Positions 12,412-22,567 of a stretch of 64,000 nucleotides of DNA are shown here, in pieces. Under the pieces are notes generated by a model that was given only the letters and a program-made list of their open reading frames with translations, was not told the origin of the DNA and searched no databases. Where the stretch lies: contig CAVPRW010000018.1 in assembly GCA_963707985.1 (NCBI GenBank), positions 128,001 through 192,000 on the forward strand. Direction: 5' to 3'. This DNA comes from an uncultured Nitrospinota bacterium (GTDB lineage: Bacteria > Tectomicrobia > Entotheonellia > J063 > CAVPRW01). Position 1 is the first letter of the stretch, and each line of letters opens with the position of its first letter. A program made the translations under genes and the position numbers.

Positions 12412-12868
12412 CCGGTGCGATTAGTGCATCGTGCCGCCAGGGTGACAGATCCCGCATCCGGCGCCACCCTGGACGTTTATCCTCTGCATAAATTCGCACA
12501 TCGTGCTCAATGCTGAACAGCTCGCGGTCCAGGTGGCTGTTGTGAGCCCTCACGCCACCTTATCGCGACCGCTTCAGCCGTGAGCTGTGTACACATCCGC
12601 ACATCTTTATTATCTCACCAGACTTCGTCGTAGGGACATCTCGCGCCATGAGCCATGAAGGCGGGACGTCGGGCACCCAGGCATCGTTCTTGCGCATAGA
12701 GACGGTTGAACACGATGCAGCATGCCCATGAACTCCTGGGGGCAGTCTCCTCGATCGCCTCCTCTATGGCAGCCTATAAGATGGCGCTGGAGGGCTGGGC
12801 AACGTCGGATCTTGCCAGTGAATGAGTGCATAAATGCTGAGAGGTTACCCTTGGCTAGGAGACTTAGG

Positions 12869-14983
12869 ATGCCTTACGTCAACTTTGGCACAAAGGACGA
12901 ACCAGGATTCGAACTGATCGAAAGCTCCGAACTGATCGCTGTCCGTACCCGAAGCCGCCGGCCGGTCCGAGGCGTCGGCCCAGTGGCTCGACCGACTACC
13001 GCCGAGGTGGTCGACGGCACTCTTGTGGCGACCTTCCCTGATGCCGGGGTTGAAGTGTATCGGGTGCCAGCCACCGCTCGGTCTTTAGACGATCGGAAGC
13101 AAGCCCTTCGAGGAGCTCCGGACGTGCAGTTCGCCGGGTCCGTGCTCGTCCACCCGGATACTGACGAGCCAGTCCTGTACACGGAGAACATCTACATCCG
13201 ATTTCGGGAAGATCTGGACGCCGACGACTGCGAGGCGATTATCCGTGGCGCCGGATTGACGGTCAAGCAGCGGCTCGACTTCGCCACCAATGCCTACTTC
13301 GCCGCGGCCCCCGAGGGCACCGGCCAACGGGTTTTCGATATCGCCCTTGAATTGTTGAACCGTGCCGACGTGGTGTACTGCCATCCGGAATTAATCCAGG
13401 AGCGGCGGCGGAAGCAGGTTTTCCCGCAGCAATGGCACCTGAAGGCAACCACAGTGAATAACGTAGCGGTCAATGCGCACGTCAACGTCGAAGCCGCCCA
13501 CGCCATCACGCGTGGCGCCGGGGTAACGATCGCGGTCATCGACGACGGGATGGACATCGACCACCCCGAGTTCGGCGGGGCCGGAAAGGTCGTCGCACCG
13601 CGAGATGCCACCCTACGGACGAGTGACCCTCGGCCGAAAGACACCGTGCCGAGCCAAGACGGTGACAACCACGGTACCGCCTGTGCCGGGGTCGCTTGCG
13701 CCAACGGCGTCGAGGGCGCGTCCGGGGTGGCTCCGCTGGCCAGGCTGATGCCGATCCGTCTGGCGTCAGGCCTCGGGTCGATCCAAGAAGCCGAGGCGTT
13801 CCGCTGGGCCGCGGACAATGGGGCCGATGTAATCTCATGCAGCTGGGGACCGGCGGATGGTCAATGGTGGAATCTCAACGATCCTCGGCACACACGCTTT
13901 GTGGCCCTACCGGCGAGCACCAGAGACGCCATCGACTATGTCGTCACCAATGGCCGCGGCGGTAAGGGGTGCGTGGTCCTGTTTGCCGCCGGGAATGGCA
14001 ACGAGTCGGTGGATAACGATGGGTATGCCAGCTACGACAAGGTCGTCGCCGTGGCTGCGTGCAACGACCAGTCGAAGCGGAGTGTCTACAGCGATTTCGG
14101 GAAGGCCATTTGCTGTGCCTTTCCAAGCAGCGACTTCGGACATGCCCCGTTCAATCACCCGGAGGCACTGACCCCTGGGATATGGACCACCGACCGGGTC
14201 GGGAACTTCGGCTATAACTCGGGCGACATGCGCTTCGGCGACCTGGCTGGAAACTTCACCAACGATTTCGGTGGCACTTCAAGCGCCTGTCCAGGGGCGG
14301 CAGGAGTCTCGGCCCTAGTCCTGTCCGCTAACAGCGCCCTGCGATGGAACGAAGCAAAGGATATTCTGCGCCGAGCCTGCGACCGCATCGATCCACAGGG
14401 CGGGGAGTACGACGCTAGCGGGCACAGCAAGTTTTACGGGGGCGGCCGGCTGAACGCCGAGACGGCGGTGAAGCTGGCCAAAGGCGCGGTCTCCCAGGTG
14501 GTGATCGTCAACAAGGTATTGAACGTGCCCATCCCTGACCTCGGTAGCGTTGAGGGCACGGTCGACGCCACCGAGACCACGCCGGTCGACAAGGCCGCTG
14601 TGTACGTCCGGCTTGAGCATACGTACATCGGGGATCTGCTCATTACCATCATCCCCCCGGCCAGCAGTGGGTTGCCGAAGGTCGTGTTGCACAACCGGGC
14701 TGGTGGCAGCCGGGATAACCTCGAAATGCTGTACGATCCGTCGAACACTCCTGCGCTCGCTGCCTACTCCGGAAAGATGTGTAGCGGGACGTGGACGGTC
14801 CGGATCGAGGACAAGGCTGCCCAGGACTCCGGGATGCTTGTCCAGATCGGGCTGCAGCTGTTCCTGCCAGCCGCGGCTCCTGTGCAGGGCCCGACCGCAA
14901 CCCCTCGAATCTCTCGACCGGCTGGCGCCAAGGCGAACAGTCAGCCGAGGGGACGGGCAGTCAGGCCAAGAGTGCGGGGGTAG
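12869..14983 (+). CDS. S8 subtilisin/kexin-like serine protease with a C-terminal proprotein-convertase P-domain
   Basis: Catalytic triad in VIDDG, NHGTACAG and GGTSSACP, with oxyanion motif AAGNG. P-domain motifs HTYIGDL and GTWTVRIED. AGGAG precedes ATG 12869. Confidence 0.9.
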   Translation: MPYVNFGTKDEPGFELIESSELIAVRTRSRRPVRGVGPVARPTTAEVVDGTLVATFPDAGVEVYRVPATARSLDDRKQALRGAPDVQFAGSVLVHPDTDEPVLYTENIYIRFREDLDADDCEAIIRGAGLTVKQRLDFATNAYFAAAPEGTGQRVFDIALELLNRADVVYCHPELIQERRRKQVFPQQWHLKATTVNNVAVNAHVNVEAAHAITRGAGVTIAVIDDGMDIDHPEFGGAGKVVAPRDATLRTSDPRPKDTVPSQDGDNHGTACAGVACANGVEGASGVAPLARLMPIRLASGLGSIQEAEAFRWAADNGADVISCSWGPADGQWWNLNDPRHTRFVALPASTRDAIDYVVTNGRGGKGCVVLFAAGNGNESVDNDGYASYDKVVAVAACNDQSKRSVYSDFGKAICCAFPSSDFGHAPFNHPEALTPGIWTTDRVGNFGYNSGDMRFGDLAGNFTNDFGGTSSACPGAAGVSALVLSANSALRWNEAKDILRRACDRIDPQGGEYDASGHSKFYGGGRLNAETAVKLAKGAVSQVVIVNKVLNVPIPDLGSVEGTVDATETTPVDKAAVYVRLEHTYIGDLLITIIPPASSGLPKVVLHNRAGGSRDNLEMLYDPSNTPALAAYSGKMCSGTWTVRIEDKAAQDSGMLVQIGLQLFLPAAAPVQGPTATPRISRPAGAKANSQPRGRAVRPRVRG

Positions 14984-15041
14984 CCGCCGCCGCTGGGTTG
15001 TGTTGGGAGGTGTCTGAGCACCTGCTGCTGCCGGTGTCCCG

Positions 15042-15418
15042 TGAGCCGCCGGCAGCAGCAGGTGCTCTACCCCCTTCAATGGAAAAGATCGGGCAGGGGG
15101 GAGTCGGAGGCCGGAACTACAGTGCGACAGGTCACTGGTATCCGACAGAATGCTCCACGCCGTGACAGTACCTTCACCTGCGGGCTGCACCACTCACGGC
15201 CTCCTCAGTCGTCTCTGAGATCAATGGGCTGAATAGCCGTGGTAGGACGTTAGGTTGCTCGATTTTGCAGCGTAATGGGGACCGGCTTGATCTTTTAGCG
15301 CAAGGATAAAAGCATACAGCCTATTTTGGGAGGTTGGTGGGTTCTTTGGGTTCCCTGATAGGCTGCAGAATGCTGCAATGTCTACCGGCTGTATTCGGCA
15401 GTCTAATCGGCGTTCGGC
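15042..15418 (+). repeat. ~380-bp non-coding repeat, copy 1, ending in an attI-like simple site GTCTAAT-N4-GTTCGGC
   Basis: Colinear with 16447-16830. Shared blocks include GAGCCGCCGGCAGCA, GATCGGGCAGGGG, GGTCACTGGTATC, GTCTCTGAGATC, TTGGTGGGTT and GTATTCGGCAGTCTAAT. Confidence 0.85.
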
Positions 15419-15484
15419 CTTTTTAATGATGGCCCCTTGGGCAACATGAACATTAACCTGTCTTCAACAGAGGAGGAACTAAAC

Positions 15485-16339
15485 ATGTCATGCACAGCCA
15501 TTCAGACCGAGCTCACTGCGTTGCGCGCCCGTCGGCGTCAGCAGGCTGAGCTAATCGCGACCATGCCCCACAACGCCGGCTACGAGCTGGCCGTCGACAT
15601 GCTGGCTCAGATCGACGCCGATATCGCGTCGACCAAGGCAGAGCTGGATCTGTGCCTCGCCCGGGAGGCACAAGAGAAGGACCCCGTCCCGCAGAACATC
15701 CTCGGCACCGTCGAGAAGATCCAGTGTCACGCCGCCAGCAAGGAGGTGTTGAGAGGCGACGAGCCGTACCTGATCATCGCCTCGTTCGACATGACCAATT
15801 CCATCAACCTCGGCGTCGTCGGGGTGACACTGCCCAGCATCAACGTCGTCAAGGTCGGCCCATGGTCGGGTGTCGGACCCGGCGAGACGCACAACGCATC
15901 GGCGCTCACCGCGCAGAACCGCCCGGCATTCTGGAACCTCAGCGGGCAGGGCAGCCCGATCGCGAGTCCGCAGGATGTGATTTTCCTCGTCGCCTGCATG
16001 GAGAACGATGGTTCGAGCCCCGACACCATCCGCGGCGTGGTGAGAACCGAACTGCTCGCAGCTCGGATCAACAACACGAACCTCGCGTACTCGGGCTACG
16101 TCACCAACATGATCAGCAACATGACGGGCACGATCGAGACCAGCCGCCTCATCCCTGGAAAGCCCGCGCTCAACTTCGACGACCTGTTCGACGACGTGAA
16201 GCAGCTGACGCTGACCACCAACGATCTGGACGATCTCAACTCGCTCTGGCCCGTCACTAAGACGCTGCGGTTCACGGAGCGCAAGGCCAACGGCACGGCG
16301 AACAACGACTACACGGTGACCTTCTCGTTCACCGTATGA
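15485..16339 (+). CDS. Hypothetical protein with an N-terminal coiled coil
   Basis: Clean ORF with RBS GAGGAGG. It has a heptad-like N-terminus and no recognised family motif. Confidence 0.7.
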   Translation: MSCTAIQTELTALRARRRQQAELIATMPHNAGYELAVDMLAQIDADIASTKAELDLCLAREAQEKDPVPQNILGTVEKIQCHAASKEVLRGDEPYLIIASFDMTNSINLGVVGVTLPSINVVKVGPWSGVGPGETHNASALTAQNRPAFWNLSGQGSPIASPQDVIFLVACMENDGSSPDTIRGVVRTELLAARINNTNLAYSGYVTNMISNMTGTIETSRLIPGKPALNFDDLFDDVKQLTLTTNDLDDLNSLWPVTKTLRFTERKANGTANNDYTVTFSFTV

Positions 16340-16446
16340 TCCCGGGTCCCGGCCATGCGTCGCGCCCGGGCAACTCAGCGTCCGGGGCTAGCTGCCTCAG
16401 TGCATTGTGACGGGAACTGTCCACGCACCGCTGCTGCATCGGCGCC

Positions 16447-16830
16447 TGAGCCGCCGGCAGCACAGCAGCTTCCATACTTCCTTGATGGGAAAGGATCGGG
16501 CAGGGGTGCTCAGAGGATGGAACTAGGGCATGACTGGTCACTGGTATCGTACAGGATGATCCCTGTTATGACACCACCTTCCGCTGCAGGCTGAAGCACT
16601 GACGGCCTCTACGGTTGTCTCTGAGATCGGTGGGCTGCATTGTTGTGTTAGGACGATAGGCTGCACGATTTCGCAGCCTAATGGGAACCGTACTTGGCTT
16701 GATCGTATGGTGCAAGTATAAAAAAATGCAGCATATTTTAAGGGATTGGTGGGTTTTTTGGGTTCCGTAATATGCTGCAGCATACTGCAATGTTTGCCGG
16801 GTGTATTCGGCAGTCTAATAGTAGTTAGGC
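16447..16830 (+). repeat. ~380-bp non-coding repeat, copy 2, ending in an attI-like site GTCTAAT-N4-GTTAGGC
   Basis: Homologous to 15042-15418. Similarity stops just after the GTTRRRY core at 16824-16830, which is followed directly by an RBS and ORF. Confidence 0.85.
16694..16722 (+). promoter_or_regulatory. Candidate cassette promoter TTGGCT-N17-TATAAA
   Basis: Sigma70-like spacing about 100 bp upstream of the attI-like site. Motif match only. Confidence 0.35.
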
Positions 16831-16847
16831 GGCGAAGGAGGAGAACA

Positions 16848-18332
16848 ATGGCTGAACCACCACGCACAACCGGCCGAGAGAATCTATACCGGGCCGACGG
16901 TTCGAGGCGGCCGAACGCGGAGGTACTCGCGGAGAGCGGCAACATTGGGCTACGCCTTGCCTTGCTCGACGACGCGATGCACCGCCGCGCGGCCTCGGCC
17001 GATCTGGACTCACAGTACCCGCCACGGCTGTTCCTCTCGTACAAGTGGGGAAGTAAGACAGAGAACGCATGGGTGGCACAGCTCGCGCAGCGCTTGACGA
17101 AGCATGGCTGGGACGTCGTCTTCGACCAGCTGCGTGACGAGACAGCTGATCGCTCGGTCGAGGAGTTCGTGTCACGGCTGGTGAGCTGCCGGGTGTTCGT
17201 TGCAGTGCTGTCGCCGGCCTTCATCACGTCCGCGATAGTGGCGAAGCTCGCGAGCTGGGCCTTCGACGAGATGCAGTGCGCCCTCATGGCGCGTTCCCGA
17301 ATGCGGCTGGTCGGCATCGTTCCCCCTACTGGGCTTGCCGGCGGCGCGGTCGAGTCAACGCCAGCGCCAATCAGGCTGCCGCCCAGACCGGACGAGCTCG
17401 CGATAGTCGTCGAGGGGATGATGACACCAGAGTTCGACGAAGTGCACGAGGTTCGTGACACCGACGGCCTCGAGCGCTTTCTGGACCGATCACTCACCTA
17501 CGACGGTCCTGGGCTCGACGACGCCGAGCGTGCGTGGGTCGCTGAACGGCTTGCGCGCGCGGGCGACGAGGCTCCGCTGCGGGAGATCCTCGACCGTCAT
17601 CCCTTTGTCAGCGGAGCGTGGCGGCGGCTCGTCGTGCTCCTGCGCGATCGCGGGGATGTTCAGGCTGCTCTCGAAGCGGCACAACAGGCGCTGGAGCACG
17701 TGCACGAGTCGAGGGAACGACTGCCTTTCGAGCACGAGCACATCGAGATCCTCAAGCGCTGCGGCGATCGCGTCGGCGCCGCCCAGGCAGCGACACGGCT
17801 GCTCGACGAGCGCCCTCACGACTGGGTCGCGCACTGGCACCTTGGCGACCTGCTCGACGATGCGAATGAGCAGTGGGCCGCGCGGAGCCATCTGCTGCTC
17901 GCCTGCCGTGGCACAGACTCGGATGCCGCACCTCACGATACGCTCGCGGTCGTCTACATGAACCTCAGCCTGCTCGCGCGCGCCGCCGAGGAGCTCGAAC
18001 GTGCGCTCGGCATCGACGCGGCGCTTGCGACCGCACGGCGGAACCTCGAGAAGGTCCGCGCCGCGCGGGCCGCGTCGAACGAGGACGACGTGACAGAGAT
18101 CAATGGCCCGCTGCCGGGTTGCTCAGATTGCGAGGCGATCTTCATGCCGCGCCATGGCCGTCCCTTCACTTGCGCGGCGTGTGGCGCCTCGAGACCGGCG
18201 AGGGTCGTGCCCTGCGATGTCTGCGGCGCCGAGGTCTCCCCGATCGCCGGCTTCGAAGGGAGTAGCGTTGCTGTGCGTTGCCCAATCTGTCGCACCGGGA
18301 CCATCACGTCGAAAGACCACGCGAGTCTATGA
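16848..18332 (+). CDS. TIR/SEFIR-domain protein with TPR repeats and C-terminal CxxC zinc ribbons
   Basis: TIR motifs RLFLSYKW...GWDVVFD and WAFDEM. A TPR-like helical region follows, then CSDC, CAAC, CDVC and CPIC. RBS AAGGAGGAG. Confidence 0.8.
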   Translation: MAEPPRTTGRENLYRADGSRRPNAEVLAESGNIGLRLALLDDAMHRRAASADLDSQYPPRLFLSYKWGSKTENAWVAQLAQRLTKHGWDVVFDQLRDETADRSVEEFVSRLVSCRVFVAVLSPAFITSAIVAKLASWAFDEMQCALMARSRMRLVGIVPPTGLAGGAVESTPAPIRLPPRPDELAIVVEGMMTPEFDEVHEVRDTDGLERFLDRSLTYDGPGLDDAERAWVAERLARAGDEAPLREILDRHPFVSGAWRRLVVLLRDRGDVQAALEAAQQALEHVHESRERLPFEHEHIEILKRCGDRVGAAQAATRLLDERPHDWVAHWHLGDLLDDANEQWAARSHLLLACRGTDSDAAPHDTLAVVYMNLSLLARAAEELERALGIDAALATARRNLEKVRAARAASNEDDVTEINGPLPGCSDCEAIFMPRHGRPFTCAACGASRPARVVPCDVCGAEVSPIAGFEGSSVAVRCPICRTGTITSKDHASL

Positions 18333-18529
18333 GCCTCATCTCCCTGCGATTAGCGCCTTCTTGGGACCGAGGCGCACATGCCCAGCCACCGAGTCCGAGG
18401 AACTCAATGAACTGCGTACGTGGGATAGAGACAAGCCTTGAACGAAGTGCCTAGCATGGGCGCGCGCCAGAGAGCGACCGCCCAACAAACGCCTGCAGCC
18501 GACGCCCTACAGCCTTGTATCTTTACTAG

Positions 18530-19652
<1,123 letters not shown>

Positions 19653-19732
19653 AAAAATATACCAGGCACCCTTGACAACCAAGACAGTTGCTCCGCTCAC
19701 CGGCAGCGTTCGTGAGAGGACAGGGATGAGGT

Positions 19733-20494
19733 ATGGTTTTGGATACGCCTGAATACACGATTGTCACAGCACGAGCAGCCACCCAGTTCCGTGAACTGAG
19801 CGTCACGGTTCACACGACCAGCATCCCTGGCTTTCTCGACCAAGATAAGGCCGTTGCCCGGTACTGGTCCCACCTTGTCCAGATATTTCCGGATTACCAG
19901 TTCTGCCTTGTGGAGAAGGCTAGCGGCACTGCAGTGGCGCGGGGGCACAGCATCCCGGTGGACTTCGATGGCGAGTGGTCATTACTCCCTGACGAAGGGC
20001 TCGACTGGGCCCTGGAGAAGGGCTTCCAGGATTACGCGGACGGAAAGAGGCCAACGGTTTTCAGCGCTTTGTATATCGTGGTCTCTGATCAGTACCGGAG
20101 CAGGGGCCTGAGTGCCCGCGTGCTCGCGGCGATGAGGCAGATCGGTCGGGAGCGAGGGTTGACGCATTTGATCGCTCCTGTCAGGCCCTCGATAAAGAGT
20201 CGCTACCCGCTCATCGCCATAGGAGAGTACGGTCGGTGGCAGAATGCCGAGGGTTACCCATTCGACCCGTGGCTGCGCGTTCACGTGCGGGCCGGCGGTG
20301 CAATCTTGCATCCATGCATTCGGTCGATGGAAGTGAGGGGTTCTCTACGGCAATGGGGGGAGTGGACGGGCATGGCATTCCCCGGGGTGGGAAGCTACAT
20401 CGTAGACGGTGGCCTGGTTCCGGTGACAATTGATAATGGCTCCGAGGGGTTATATGTCGAGCCGGGTATCTGGGTGTTACATAGACTGCTCTGA
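19733..20494 (+). CDS. GNAT-like N-acetyltransferase (cassette gene)
   Basis: Acetyl-CoA loop YRSRGLSARVL, plus LIAPVRP and DPWLRVHVRAGG. Confidence 0.7.
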   Translation: MVLDTPEYTIVTARAATQFRELSVTVHTTSIPGFLDQDKAVARYWSHLVQIFPDYQFCLVEKASGTAVARGHSIPVDFDGEWSLLPDEGLDWALEKGFQDYADGKRPTVFSALYIVVSDQYRSRGLSARVLAAMRQIGRERGLTHLIAPVRPSIKSRYPLIAIGEYGRWQNAEGYPFDPWLRVHVRAGGAILHPCIRSMEVRGSLRQWGEWTGMAFPGVGSYIVDGGLVPVTIDNGSEGLYVEPGIWVLHRLL

Positions 20495-20501
20495 GAAGAC
20501 C

Positions 20502-20645
20502 CTCTAACGAAGGGTTGCAGCGAAGGGGGAGACGGCGTGGGTTCGGTACGCGGTGACTCAGTCTCCGCTCTGTGGCAGTGCCACCCCCACCGCCGAACCA
20601 GGCCCCGAACGAAGCGAGCGTCGTATTAGACTTCGTCGTTTAGAG
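20502..20645 (+). other. Degenerate attC-like site
   Basis: CTCTAAC lies 7 bp after the stop codon. Internal inverted arms GGTTCGG..CGGTG / CACCGCCGAACC. It ends in ATTAGAC or GTTTAGAG just before the next RBS. Confidence 0.5.
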
Positions 20646-20658
20646 GAGGGTCATCCAG

Positions 20659-21351
20659 ATGTATGGTGTGTTGTCCTACGACCAGATGCACGACATTGTC
20701 AGACAGCGCTTCGAGGAGATAGCTTGGGCATATTGCTACTTCCCAAACTTGCGCGGCCCAGTGGTCAAACCTTCGTCGGTGCGTATGGTGGGCCTGCTGT
20801 TCGCGCGCCCGGAATCAAAGCTCGCTAAGGAAGAAATCATTCCCGGCCTTTACTATTTTCACATCCGTTCCGGGAACCACATCGATTTCTTCTGCGCCGG
20901 ATACGGGGCACAGGATCTGCGGGACGAAGACTTTACCTCGCAGGATAAAGTCGGTCAGGCGGGGTGGATGTTCAGTCCGCGCCGCTTCAACGAAATTCGC
21001 AAGAAGGTTGAGGCGCAATGCGGCTGGCGCTACAGCGGAGAATCGGACCTTATTCTTGCGAACGCTCAGTACTCACCGGGAGGCGGAGTCAAGATCGAAT
21101 TAGACCGATCCGTGAAGTGCTATTTAGACGCGTCCAAGAGAATCGGTGCGATTAACAGCGTTCACGAATTTTTTGAGTGCATCTTCAGGTACGCAGAGAA
21201 CGCTAAGGAGGATGATCCGACATGGGGGTTCAGCGATTCCATGGGTGTGGCAACAGGGTGGGAAGGACTGCTAAACGTGTTGTTGTCGCTTTTCCCCAAG
21301 AACATTGGGAGCGAACTCAAGAAGATTGGAGCTTTCCGGGTAAGCAGCTAA
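20659..21351 (+). CDS. Hypothetical protein (cassette gene)
   Basis: Clean ORF with RBS GAGGAGG, lying between attC-like sites and looking lower in GC than its flanks. Confidence 0.7.
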   Translation: MYGVLSYDQMHDIVRQRFEEIAWAYCYFPNLRGPVVKPSSVRMVGLLFARPESKLAKEEIIPGLYYFHIRSGNHIDFFCAGYGAQDLRDEDFTSQDKVGQAGWMFSPRRFNEIRKKVEAQCGWRYSGESDLILANAQYSPGGGVKIELDRSVKCYLDASKRIGAINSVHEFFECIFRYAENAKEDDPTWGFSDSMGVATGWEGLLNVLLSLFPKNIGSELKKIGAFRVSS

Positions 21352-21398
21352 CTTATGCCTATAGAGGATGATGAAAACGTAATCTTAAAGATTGGGCG

Positions 21399-21508
21399 GC
21401 TTAACCACGCACTGCAGTGGCCGGGAGATCAGCGGTGCTGTGCAGCTCCGCGGCTCAGTCAAAGTGTGGGGGTAGTGCGGTCCCCGCGGCTGAGTTTTTG
21501 CGATAAGC
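21399..21508 (+). other. attC-like site (110 bp)
   Basis: R'' GCTTAAC, L'' CACTGCAGTGGCCGGG, L' CCCGCGGCTGAG and R' GATAAGC, which is complementary to R'' except GTT>GAT. Confidence 0.65.
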
Positions 21509-21581
21509 CGGTGCTTCGCGCCAGCTTATCGAGGGCAAACTCTCAACGAGCTCTTTCGAGATTCGAGGAGGTTCACGTCAG

Positions 21582-22298
21582 ATGGATACTAGAGCGATCA
21601 ACCTGGATGCAATTCCCGTGATTGGTTCGAATAATTGGAAGAGGCCTGCAAGGCCTTATGTGCCAATGCTCGCGCAGGCATTTCAAGACGAAGGAATATT
21701 CAGTCCAATTGTTTATGCCTACGCCTGTGCATCTATAAGCCGTGAGTCTAGCTGGAATCCTAGGGCTGAAAATACCGATGATTCAGCTTCGCGGACGGGG
21801 TATCCAGGCAGAGGGTTGGCTCAGGTGACTTGGGATTACAATTACAGAGCCGTGAGCAATGAAACGGGCATTGATTTCCTCAACAATCCAGATCTCATGT
21901 TTGATCCTTACAAGTCTCTACGAGCTAAAGCGGCATTTTTCAAACTGAACAAGATGTTGCCACGTATCGAAGCAGGTGACTACGAGTCGGCTGCAGGAAT
22001 ATACAACGCGGGTAAGGCTAGTTTTCGCTCCTCATATACTAGGAACGTAGCGAATGACACGCCGCATTGGTTTCCCGTTTTTTCTGGCCTAGCGCCATCT
22101 GTGGACACTGGCGGGGCGGGCAGGACTGGCGGAGTGAGCAGCATTCCAAGTGCATACGTTATCAAGTCTGGAGATACCCTTTCAGCGATTGCCGCTCGCT
22201 TTGGGGTATCGTTGGCGGCTTTACTGTCTGTCAATCCTCAAATTACTAATCCTAACGCAATCATTGCTGGTGAATCTCTCAACATTCCCAGTCAGTGA
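21582..22298 (+). CDS. GH19/lysozyme-like glycoside hydrolase with a C-terminal LysM domain
   Basis: SRESS and YPGRGLAQVTWDYNY match the GH19-type motif. LysM is YVIKSGDTLSAIAARFGVSLAALLSVNPQITNPNAIIAGESLNIP. Confidence 0.8.
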   Translation: MDTRAINLDAIPVIGSNNWKRPARPYVPMLAQAFQDEGIFSPIVYAYACASISRESSWNPRAENTDDSASRTGYPGRGLAQVTWDYNYRAVSNETGIDFLNNPDLMFDPYKSLRAKAAFFKLNKMLPRIEAGDYESAAGIYNAGKASFRSSYTRNVANDTPHWFPVFSGLAPSVDTGGAGRTGGVSSIPSAYVIKSGDTLSAIAARFGVSLAALLSVNPQITNPNAIIAGESLNIPSQ

Positions 22299-22360
22299 GC
22301 AGTCACTGCATTGCACTTGACAACGAAAGGACGGCTGCGAGGCTAAATGATAGCGGCAGC

Positions 22361-22449
22361 CCCTAACCAAGCAGTGGAGCCGATCCCCGATAGCTTCCGC
22401 TCCTCCGTCACTCCAGCTATCGGGCGCGGCTCACCGCTAACGATTCGGC
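22361..22449 (+). other. attC-like site
   Basis: R'' CCCTAAC. L'' GTGGAGCCG pairs with L' CGGCTCAC with one extrahelical base. Inner stem CCCGATAGCT/AGCTATCGGG. Degenerate R' GATTCGGC. Confidence 0.75.
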
Positions 22450-22567
22450 ACCATAACCCACATGCGGCACAAGTGGCGATGATTGCGGTCTTTCCGAGGA
22501 CTTGCGTTTAAGAGTTTCCGTAGTCAGCACTCGCCATTGTTAATACCATTCCTGTGGAGGTGTCATC

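Noticed and set aside
14315..16790. Minus-strand ORFs over the repeats as a possible integron integrase
   Set aside because: No tyrosine recombinase motifs (R...HxxR...Y) and no IntI N-terminal signature in any frame provided.
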